DNA of 33,465 nucleotides. It comes from Candidatus Latescibacterota bacterium (lineage in GTDB: Bacteria; Latescibacterota; Latescibacteria; Latescibacterales; Latescibacteraceae). A model generated the notes under the pieces. The model was not told the DNA's origin, made no database searches, and saw only the letters and a program-made list of their open reading frames with translations. Below, one piece after another: positions 26,441-33,465 of this stretch (position 1 is its first letter; every line of letters starts with the position of its first letter). The stretch is from positions 1 through 33,465 of the forward strand of contig JBAYHX010000001.1 in assembly GCA_041665965.1 (NCBI GenBank), read 5' to 3'. Both the position numbers and the translations under genes were made by a program.

Positions 26441-28081
26441 TTAAACCTTGCTGGTAATCGTTGCGTTCTGCGATAACGGGAAACGGATGGAAAAGATTGC
26501 CCCGCCCGAGGGATTGTTCTCGAATTCGATGGAGCCTTTATGTTCGTCCACAAATTGTTTGACAATCGAAAGGCCCAGCCCCGTTCCCTCTCCGGGTTTC
26601 CTTGTCGAATAGAAAGGATCGAAAAGCCTTTCCCCGATTCCTTCGGGCAGGCCGGTGCCGTTATCGATCACCATGAGTTTTGCCCAGGTATCATCTGCTC
26701 TCGCGGTTTTGATTACGATTGCTTTGTCTTTATGAGAAATATTGTCGAGAGAATTCATGGCGTTGGTTACCAGGTTAATTACTATCTGTTCGACATGGAT
26801 CGGATTCCCGATGATCAGCGGAGCGGGCTCGCACAATTGTATGACTGTTTTGATCCCGTGAACGGAAAGCTGGCTCATTATCAGTGACAATGCCCTCGCG
26901 GTAACGTCATTGAGGTCGAATTCTTCCTTTACACCGTGATCCTGGGTCACCCAGAATGTCCGCATATGTTTGATGATTTCGTTTATTCTATTCACACTGG
27001 CAGATATTTTTCCCAGCATGGAAATAAACTGTTCGGGAACAAGCCCTTTATGATTCTGATACCAGTAGATGATGCCGTCAGCAGAAACTTTGATCGCGTT
27101 GAGCGGCTGATTGATTTCATGGGTGATTCCGCCGGCAACAGCGCCTATCGAAGCAAGCCGTGTAGCTCTCTCGGCCATTTCACGGTATTTTTTTTCACTC
27201 TCCTGTATCCGGTCCTGTGTAAGAATACGGTCGGTGACATTTACCAGAATAAAAATGAGTTCTTTGACTGACCCGTCAAAACCTTTTACCGGGGTAATGG
27301 TCCAATCCCAGCAGGTTTTTTCCCGATCGGGATTTTCGATATATTCGAACGGGCTGGCAAAGACGGAAGTCGCTTCCCCCGTTTCGATAGTTCTCCGAAA
27401 CAGTTTCTCGCTTTTTGCATCGGGGTACAGGGTAAAATAATTCTTGCCGGCGAGAAAATCTTCATCGTGGCCGCACTCTTTTTCAAATGCGGGGTTTGCC
27501 TTTAAAAAATTGAATTCCTTGTCGAGATACACAATGCAGATATGGGTGGTGGAAAAGATTTTTTCAAGCGTTTCGCCCGTTTTACGAAGCTTTTCCTCTG
27601 CAAGCCTGCGGGTTATGATCTCAAGCTGCAACTCTTTATTCATCTGGGCGAGTTCCTGATACGATTTCCTTAATTCTTCTTCGGCGCGGGCTTTATCCTC
27701 TTTGGTTCTTCTCACCTCGATGGCATTTATCACTGCGGAACCGAGGCGGGCGATATTATTTTTAAAGATATAATCCGAGGCGCCTTCTTTCAGAATACTG
27801 ATGGCAACCTCCTCGCCAACCGCTCCGGAAACGATGATAAAGGGAATCAGCGGATACCGTTTGTGGACAAGGTGAAGCGCGGATATGCAATCGAACTGGG
27901 GCAGACGGTAATCCGCAAGGATGATATCAGGTTTGAATTCCTCAAGTTCCCGTAAGAAATCAGCCTCTTTCTCCACCCGGTGATAGGTAAATTCCAATCC
28001 CGAATCGGAAAGCTGCTCCGCATTCAATTTTGCATCGGCGGGATTATCTTCAAGCATAAGAACCCGGAATAATGTGTTCAT
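26441..28081 (-). CDS. Hybrid REC-coiled coil-PAS-histidine kinase (paralog of 4415..6052)
   Basis: 546 aa. Receiver (LMLEDNPADA, IILADYRLPQFD, GASDYIFK). H-box GGITHEINQPLNAI. N-box LVTNAMNSL. DNGTGLP. GTGLGLSIVKQFV. Its stop is 5 nt before the start of the sigma-54 activator gene. Confidence 0.9.
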   Translation of the reverse strand: MNTLFRVLMLEDNPADAKLNAEQLSDSGLEFTYHRVEKEADFLRELEEFKPDIILADYRLPQFDCISALHLVHKRYPLIPFIIVSGAVGEEVAISILKEGASDYIFKNNIARLGSAVINAIEVRRTKEDKARAEEELRKSYQELAQMNKELQLEIITRRLAEEKLRKTGETLEKIFSTTHICIVYLDKEFNFLKANPAFEKECGHDEDFLAGKNYFTLYPDAKSEKLFRRTIETGEATSVFASPFEYIENPDREKTCWDWTITPVKGFDGSVKELIFILVNVTDRILTQDRIQESEKKYREMAERATRLASIGAVAGGITHEINQPLNAIKVSADGIIYWYQNHKGLVPEQFISMLGKISASVNRINEIIKHMRTFWVTQDHGVKEEFDLNDVTARALSLIMSQLSVHGIKTVIQLCEPAPLIIGNPIHVEQIVINLVTNAMNSLDNISHKDKAIVIKTARADDTWAKLMVIDNGTGLPEGIGERLFDPFYSTRKPGEGTGLGLSIVKQFVDEHKGSIEFENNPSGGAIFSIRFPLSQNATITSKV

Positions 28082-28198
28082 TATATCGCTCGCTTACCTG
28101 TGATTGCGCGGTAATTTTATACTGATGACCTCAAAGCCCTCTGGTAGGCTTGTGAAGAAGTTGTTTATGGAATAAAATCCACACTTTTTCTAAACTCA

Positions 28199-28564
28199 CC
28201 TCTTGGTTAGAGAGTAGATAACATATTGCAAGCCCTCTTGTTCCCCCTCTATGGGATAGAGAGGGGTTAGGGGATGAGCTTAGGCAAAAAAGAAAATAAC
28301 AGCTCTTTCATATATTGAAAAGCAATATAAGTGAATTATTTCAACTCCGTACCCTTTTCCTGCAATCTTAACCGAATTTTCTAAATCGCTTATCGAGTTG
28401 ACTCAGTAAAGGTAAGAACAGGAGTATATAAAGACACCCTCACCCTATGTCCCCTCTCCCGTAAACGAGCGAGAGGAATAACCTCTGAACTTTCATAACC
28501 CATTATTTATCATACATATATGGGTTTTCACCTCTCTTTGTAAGAGAGGGGATTATGGGGTAAG
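28199..28564. repeat. Hairpin-repeat family (CCTCTC-loop-GAGAGGGG followed by GGGG(T/A)nAG), 3-4 copies
   Basis: Copy A at 28244-28278 (CCCCTCTatgggatAGAGAGGGGTTAGGGGATGAG). Copy B at 28435-28476 in inverted orientation (reverse complement CCTCTCgctcgtttacgGGAGAGGGGACATAGGGTGAGGG). Copy C at 28529-28564 (CCTCTCtttgtaaGAGAGGGGATTATGGGGTAAG). A weak copy lies at 28199-28214. Confidence 0.5.
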
Positions 28565-28867
28565 TTAATAAGTGGTATTAACAAATAAACGTTTGTTTAA
28601 ATATAAAATCAACGTGCTGTCTAATCTCGAAAACCGAATTTTCTAATATCTGTAATATCAACACATATGGCAAGAGCGGAGCGTGATTCAATCTTTTTAC
28701 CTGTTGTTCGACACAGTCGTAAAATGACCATACGGCGGCAATTGAAAGCGCTGTTTCAAAAACATTTTTTTTCTTTCATGATAATGGTATATTATAGTAA
28801 AGAATTCGTTCGAATGAAATTCGGAAATACAGGCGTCAGATTCATCGGTATGCGGGGAAAAGCTGTC

Positions 28868-29830
28868 ATGAAAATAAAAATCTGTTTTATAATGCTCTTT
28901 TTTATAATACTTGCGCCTTCGGCGTTCAGCGCTTCGAAAAAAGCAGACGCTGAAAAGCTCAAGCAGCAGGGTAACGAACTGTACCGCAAGGGAGATTACG
29001 ACGGCGCCATAGACATGTATCTTAAATCGGTCACTGCCGATTCCACCTATTCGGAGTCATACAACAACCTTGGCCTTGCATATTACGAAAAAGGGGATTA
29101 TTCGAAATCTATCGATAACCTTCGCTGGGCGGTAAAACTCGACCGTAAATTCTCGAAAGCGTTCAACGCTCTGGGCAACGCCTACATGGCTGTTGCCGAG
29201 TATGACAGCGCAAAGGTATCCTATATCCGGTCTATCGCGCTGGACTCGAAAGTATCGCAGAAACATGTCAATCTTGGGAACGCCATGTACGGTCTTGAAG
29301 ATATTGAGGGCGCTGTTGCCGAATATCGGAAAGCGATAAGCATCGATCGCCAAAATGCCTATGCATACAACAACCTGGGGATTGCTCTTCAAAAAAAAGG
29401 CGACCTGAAGGAAGCCGAGAAAAGTTACAATCAGGCCATCCAGTTGAATGGAGAGTATTCGGCAGCGTTCAGCAATCTCGGAAGCCTCATTTTCGATGAA
29501 GGCCGGGGCGACCCAGTAAAAGCGGTTAAATACCTTAATAAGGCGTCAGAGTTAAATCCAAAAGATGCGTCGACTCTCTATAACCTTGGCCTGGCGCTCA
29601 TAAAGGGCGGCGATATTCAAAATGCGATAACTACCCTCACTAAGGCGGCGGAACTATCGCCAAGAGATGCAGACATCCAGTATGCTCTGGGAATGGCGTA
29701 TACCGCAAATAAATCGTTGAAAGAAGCTGAGAAAAGATTTCAGGAAGCGTTGAAACTCAATCCGGCTTACAAAGATGCTCAGAGCGCGCTGGACAAATTC
29801 CCCAAAAAACCAGAGAAATCGTCACAGTAA
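28868..29830 (+). CDS. Secreted TPR-repeat protein
   Basis: The ORF track starts at 28667, but the first 67 residues look non-coding because they contain promoter-like AT-rich sequence. ATG 28868 gives the signal peptide MKIKICFIMLFFIILAPSAFSA. It is followed by about 8 TPR units (recurring A..YN.LG.AY...GDY..AI..Y.KAI.LDP). Confidence 0.8.
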   Translation: MKIKICFIMLFFIILAPSAFSASKKADAEKLKQQGNELYRKGDYDGAIDMYLKSVTADSTYSESYNNLGLAYYEKGDYSKSIDNLRWAVKLDRKFSKAFNALGNAYMAVAEYDSAKVSYIRSIALDSKVSQKHVNLGNAMYGLEDIEGAVAEYRKAISIDRQNAYAYNNLGIALQKKGDLKEAEKSYNQAIQLNGEYSAAFSNLGSLIFDEGRGDPVKAVKYLNKASELNPKDASTLYNLGLALIKGGDIQNAITTLTKAAELSPRDADIQYALGMAYTANKSLKEAEKRFQEALKLNPAYKDAQSALDKFPKKPEKSSQ

Positions 29831-29970
29831 GCCCACTGTGAACCACCTGCATTTTTATCAGTACCCACTGCCGCATTCAGCATTGCTTTCCCGAAAAAAA
29901 GACACTTTTTGCACCGTAAAAGAGGTGTTAAAATGTATGCTTATAGGAGACAAAGGGAAAGGTAATAGCG

Positions 29971-30001
29971 AATTGATTTGCAGAGTTGCGAATCAATTTT
30001 T
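29971..30001 (+). terminator. Rho-independent terminator
   Basis: AATTGATT (29971-29978) pairs with AATCAATT (29991-29998) across a 12-nt loop, followed by TTTTT. It lies downstream of the TPR gene. Confidence 0.55.
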
Positions 30002-30019
30002 CATAGGGCTTTTCCCTTT

Positions 30020-30538
30020 TCATACCTCATCTTTGTCTTTTTCAAATCCAAGAGTGCGGAGGAATTTACTATGGGATTGAAGCTCATGGGCGAGTTTGAT
30101 GATAAGTTGTTTTTCGAGGGGACGAACCTGCTCGAATTCGTTGAGAAAGGACTCCATTTTCCGGCGTAAATTGGGATCCGCGGAAGCAGCTAAAACTGTC
30201 TTTTGTCCTTCCGGTTCGTTCGGGAGCGGAGCAAACTTTGAAAGTTCTTTTTCCAGAATATCGATACGGTTATCACGGTCGGACAGTTCACGTTTGAATG
30301 TGGATATGATCTCTTCCAATTCCTTTTTCGATACCAGATCGCCTAAATCCGGGGCTGATCCATGTTTCACTCCGGGCAATAAAGAGAGGGGAATAGGAGG
30401 AACCACACGGAGTTCCTTGTGACGTTTCCCGTGGATCCATTTATGGTTCAGAAGGCCATGCTTGCAGTACCGCTGTACGGTGCGCGGGGAAACACTGAGC
30501 TTTTCCGCAGCTTCAACGACAGTCATCAATTCTTCCAT
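30020..30538 (-). CDS. Helix-turn-helix (excisionase/MerR-like HTH_17) protein with C-terminal coiled coil
   Basis: The ORF track starts at 30637. ATG 30538 is preferred because GAGGGA lies 6 nt upstream. MEELMTVVEAAEKLSVSPRTVQRYCKHGLL is a typical excisionase-family HTH. The rest is charged and helical (ELEEIISTFKRELSDRDNRIDILEKEL). Confidence 0.6.
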   Translation of the reverse strand: MEELMTVVEAAEKLSVSPRTVQRYCKHGLLNHKWIHGKRHKELRVVPPIPLSLLPGVKHGSAPDLGDLVSKKELEEIISTFKRELSDRDNRIDILEKELSKFAPLPNEPEGQKTVLAASADPNLRRKMESFLNEFEQVRPLEKQLIIKLAHELQSHSKFLRTLGFEKDKDEV

Positions 30539-30757
30539 AATCGGTCCCTCGCCGGCAGAGGTTAATCCTTCATCCAACGTTAGAGAGAAAATAGATGAAC
30601 CGGGATGGGAAAGCAAATGTTTTTCCTTTTCCCTCATCCTTTAAAAAAATGGAGGAATCCGAAAGACACGGAAAAGGTAAGATGAGTTTCGAAGAACCGG
30701 AAAAATATACAATTCCCAACGCTTTATTAAAAACACATTCCGGAAAGACATTGAGCA

Positions 30758-31288
30758 TCAGAGCTGAAATATGAGATTTTCTTCTCTGTAGAGCCATCGT
30801 GAGGGGACATCGAGATAACTGATCAGATTGTCGATCAGGATGTAATGTTTGTTTTCCTCTCCGGCAAGGAACCGAAAGACAGCTTTCACCTCATCGTCTT
30901 CGGATTTTTCAGCAGCTCTTGAGTAGTTATCGAAACTTTCAACTTCGATACCCAAGCCCTTTTTCAGGATTTCAAGTCTCGTTGCATCCTCGCGAATACT
31001 TTCCGGATCGCTGATGGATGATTCGGAAAATGAACGTTCAAGACGTACTTTAGCTGCATCCGACTCGATCATCTCGATAGAAGGGGATTTACCCTCGCCC
31101 GTTTCTTTCAGAAGTTTTATGACGATTTTGTAATGCTTGTTCTCATCCTCGGCAAGGCTCTTAAGAATAGCAACAACGCCCGGATTCTTAACCTTATTGA
31201 GTATCTGGCGGTAAAAATCCTCTGTCTCCTGCTCTTTTTTTGCAGCATATTCAAGGGCTTTTACCGATTCTTCGCTGTGGAATTTCAT
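30758..31288 (-). CDS. Ferritin-like (rubrerythrin-family diiron four-helix bundle) protein
   Basis: 176 aa with a GGGAGG RBS. It has two E..E-x(n)-ExxH pairs (EQETEDFY...LAEDENKHY and AAEKSEDDE...LAGEENKHY) and no rubredoxin domain. Confidence 0.75.
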   Translation of the reverse strand: MKFHSEESVKALEYAAKKEQETEDFYRQILNKVKNPGVVAILKSLAEDENKHYKIVIKLLKETGEGKSPSIEMIESDAAKVRLERSFSESSISDPESIREDATRLEILKKGLGIEVESFDNYSRAAEKSEDDEVKAVFRFLAGEENKHYILIDNLISYLDVPSRWLYREENLIFQL

Positions 31289-31508
31289 TTATGACCTCCC
31301 TGGTGCATGTGGTAATAATTTTTAAATACGGTATAAAAAAGAAATCGATTCAAGGTTGGGGTTTCTTCTGTTGATCTCTAAAGCGAGTAATTTCCTTTAG
31401 AAAATTTTGAGGCGAACAGGTATACTATAAAAATGAAGTTCCATGCTTGTAGTATAAATATAAAATAGTATTATAACAAATAAAATTTGTGCTTTTCAGG
31501 AGATATCA

Positions 31509-32300
31509 ATGCCTCAAAGAGAAAAACTTCCCGATATTCAGTCCCTCCCGGACAACCGTAATATCCCTCTCGACCGTGTGGGAGTGAAAGGTCTTCACTG
31601 GCCGGTTACCATTCTCGACCGTGAGCATGGCAGGCAGACAGTGGTAGCGACTGTGAATTTATATGTAAACCTGCCGCATAATTTTCGGGGAACCCATATG
31701 AGCCGTTTTGTTGAAGTGCTCAATGAGTACCACGAATTGGAATGGAATGAACGAATCGGTGAGATCCTGGGAAGGATCAGAGAGTCTCTCGATGCGGACG
31801 AAGCGCATATGGAGGTGGAATTCGATTATTTCATCGAGAAAAAGGCCCCGGTGACCGGTTCGGCCAGTCTTATGGCCTATACCTGCCGTTTTACCGCTTC
31901 CCATCGTAATGGAGAGGATTTTGTTCTTTGTGTTACTGTCCCTGTTATCACCCTGTGTCCGTGTTCGAAGGAAATATCCTCATTCGGAGCTCATAATCAG
32001 CGCTGTATGGTAACAGTCCGGATTCGCTATACGGAAATGGTATGGATAGAGGAATTGGTCGATCTGATAGAAGCATCCTCGAGCGGCGGGCTCTATTCGA
32101 TTCTCAAAAGGCCTGATGAAAAATATGTCACCGAGCGCGCCTATAATACCCCGATGTTTGTCGAGGATGTCGTCCGTGAGGTTGCCGGAAAGCTGGATGC
32201 CATGGACAGGGTCGTATGGTACGCAATTGAAGCGGACAGCCAGGAAAGCATACATAACCATAATGCGTACGCTTGTCTGGAAAGGCAGAAAATCCGGTAA
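31509..32300 (+). CDS. folE2: GTP cyclohydrolase I type 2 (FolE2/MptA family)
   Basis: 263 aa with an AGGAGA RBS. LPDIQ...NIPLDRVGVKGLHWPV, LPHNFRGTHMSRFVE, VITLCPCSKEIS..GAHNQR, KRPDEKYVTE.AY..PMFVEDVVR. Confidence 0.9.
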   Translation: MPQREKLPDIQSLPDNRNIPLDRVGVKGLHWPVTILDREHGRQTVVATVNLYVNLPHNFRGTHMSRFVEVLNEYHELEWNERIGEILGRIRESLDADEAHMEVEFDYFIEKKAPVTGSASLMAYTCRFTASHRNGEDFVLCVTVPVITLCPCSKEISSFGAHNQRCMVTVRIRYTEMVWIEELVDLIEASSSGGLYSILKRPDEKYVTERAYNTPMFVEDVVREVAGKLDAMDRVVWYAIEADSQESIHNHNAYACLERQKIR

Positions 32301-32418
32301 AATCTCCCTGGCAGGGAAAACAAGGGAAAAGATATACAAAAATACATGGCGGGGAGATTTACAGCGGTAAAGAAAATGCTGCTGATGAAGTAAGTCCAAA
32401 CGGTAATTTTCCATAAAA

Positions 32419-32450
32419 AGGAGCGGGGTATGAACCTGCTCCTTCTTTCA
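32419..32450. terminator. Possible bidirectional terminator between folE2 and the P-type ATPase gene
   Basis: AGGAGC (32419-32424) pairs with GCTCCT (32438-32443). An A-run lies before the hairpin and a T-rich tract after it. Confidence 0.35.
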
Positions 32451-32507
32451 TATTCTTTGCTGAAAGCGGTCATATCGGAAGCCGCCGGTCAGCTTCATGA
32501 ACGCTAA

Positions 32508-33465
32508 TTATCCATATATTTTCCGTGACCGGAATTTCTTCATCATCTCGAACCAGACAAAACTGATAGAACCGGCGGCAAGGCAAAGAAAAATATCTTT
32601 GGGATGAAGCACGTTGAACTGGAACAAATTCCTCAGGAATGGAACAGAGAGAACAATCCCTAAAAATACAACTGCGCCGCCGAATACCCACCATTGAGCG
32701 ATATTCGGCGAACGAAGGGTTTCGAGAAAAGTTCTGGTCATCGAGCGGTTGGTAAGGATCAGGCCGAGATTTGCAACAATGAGAGTTACAAAACTCAGGG
32801 CGCGGGCCTCGTTCTCACCCTGCCCCCGGTAAAGAGCGACAGCGTAAACCGCCGCCACGATTGCCAGAACGCTTATACCCTGGAGAATGCTCATGAACAG
32901 GGTGCTTCGGCTGAAAAGGGGAGCATTGGGTTTCCGGGGCGATTTTTTCATCACATTTTCTTCTTCACGTTCAGCTTCAAAAACGACCGAACATGCCGGA
33001 TCGATGATCAATTCAAGAAACACGATATGCACCGGCAAAAGCACAAGCGGCCAGTGCAGAAGCACCGGCAGGAGCGACATTCCGGCGATCGGCACATGCA
33101 CGGCAAAGATGAACCCCATCGCCTTGAGGAGATTGTCGTAGATGCGGCGGCCGAGCCGGACCGCCCGCACGATCGAGCCGAAATCGTCGTCGAGCAGCAC
33201 GATCGAAGACGCCTCGCGCGCCACGTCGGTGCCGCGGCCGCCCATCGCAATCCCGATATGCGCCGCCTTGAGCGACGGTGCGTCATTGACGCCGTCTCCC
33301 GTCATGGCGACGATTTCGCGATTGGCCTTGAGCGCTTCGACGATACGGAGTTTCTGATCGGGCATGATCCGCGCGAACACCGTTGCGGTCCGCACGCGCT
33401 GCGCCAGGTCTGCCTCGCTCAGCGTTTCGAGTTCTTCTCCGGTCACGACATCAGTGGTGTCGAGA
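32508..33465 (-). CDS. Cation-transporting P-type ATPase (type IIA/IIIB-like), C-terminal part; 5' end outside the window
   Basis: The frame is open to the window edge. VAMTGDGVNDAPSLKAAHIGIAMGGRGTDVAREASSIVLLDDDFGSIVRAVRLGRRIYDNL is the hinge motif and is followed by C-terminal transmembrane helices. Confidence 0.9.
   Translation of the reverse strand, partial: LDTTDVVTGEELETLSEADLAQRVRTATVFARIMPDQKLRIVEALKANREIVAMTGDGVNDAPSLKAAHIGIAMGGRGTDVAREASSIVLLDDDFGSIVRAVRLGRRIYDNLLKAMGFIFAVHVPIAGMSLLPVLLHWPLVLLPVHIVFLELIIDPACSVVFEAEREEENVMKKSPRKPNAPLFSRSTLFMSILQGISVLAIVAAVYAVALYRGQGENEARALSFVTLIVANLGLILTNRSMTRTFLETLRSPNIAQWWVFGGAVVFLGIVLSVPFLRNLFQFNVLHPKDIFLCLAAGSISFVWFEMMKKFRSRKIYG

Noticed and set aside
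25203-26444. A 413-aa plus-strand ORF opposite the sigma-54 activator gene. Similar antisense ORFs lie at 14723..15607 (opposite ackA), 18466..19071 (opposite wecB) and 21566..22378 (opposite the peptidase gene).
   Set aside because: For 25203..26444 and 14723..15607 I checked the frame and both are codon-aligned antisense, as in gltBD. I did not check the frame of the other two. None of the four has family motifs or a credible RBS. The opposite-strand genes have strong family signatures.
28199-28564. Whether the repeated hairpins (here and at 14695-14896 and 23091-23280) form a CRISPR array.
   Set aside because: The copies are imperfect, occur in both orientations and are irregularly spaced, with no uniform spacers and no cas genes in the window. 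This is REP/MITE-like, not CRISPR.
31455-31480. An AT-rich partial palindrome (TAGTATTATAACA) upstream of folE2, considered as a Zur box. I also noted a TTGTAG-16 nt-TATTAT promoter-like match here.
   Set aside because: Self-complementarity is only about 6/10 in the core. The surrounding sequence is so AT-rich that matches of this quality are expected by chance.
1-33465. tRNA, rRNA, tmRNA, RNase P and SRP RNA genes; integrases and transposases; prophage structural genes.
   Set aside because: I saw no T-loop-type GGTTCGAATCC-like motifs in intergenic DNA, no GAGGAAAGTCC-type RNase P core, and no ORF with recombinase or transposase signatures.

Overview
This is a chromosomal-looking 33.5-kb fragment, probably from an uncultured Gram-negative bacterium of the FCB-superphylum type. 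That assignment is weak: it rests on one protein with a T9SS/FlgD-Ig-like C-terminal sorting domain ending in LLK, Tat and Sec signal peptides, and a sigma-54 activator.

Gene content, left to right:
- 3' end of lysS
- a three-gene signalling cassette: a multi-PAS/GAF histidine kinase, an Rcp1-like single-domain response regulator, and a REC-PAS kinase
- a small AT-richer toxin islet: Phd/YefM-ParE/RelE, HicB with a frameshifted HicA, and a TIGR02391/HEPN-like gene split into two ORFs
- a 1986-aa single-polypeptide (GltB+GltD fused) glutamate synthase
- ackA and a DinB-family gene
- a secreted protein of unknown function
- wecB
- a DUF47 gene with a PiT phosphate transporter
- a secreted SH3b/NlpC-P60 peptidase
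- a minus-strand cluster: REC-PAS kinase, NtrC-type sigma-54 activator, then a Tat-signal DUF362 protein with a T9SS-type C-terminal domain
- a TPR protein, an HTH/coiled-coil protein and a ferritin-like protein
- folE2
- the 3' part of a P-type ATPase

I recognised no rRNA, tRNA, CRISPR array, transposase or integrase.

The main points for follow-up are:
- the toxin islet, in which two nuclease-type toxin genes are interrupted
- the Tat + T9SS-CTD DUF362 protein downstream of a sigma-54 two-component pair whose activator has a non-canonical GAFTGA loop
- the fused GOGAT
- a family of G/C-rich hairpin repeats that fills several unusually long intergenic regions
- two diverged, inverted REC-PAS-kinase paralogs about 22 kb apart

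All product calls come from motif recognition by eye. No database search was run.
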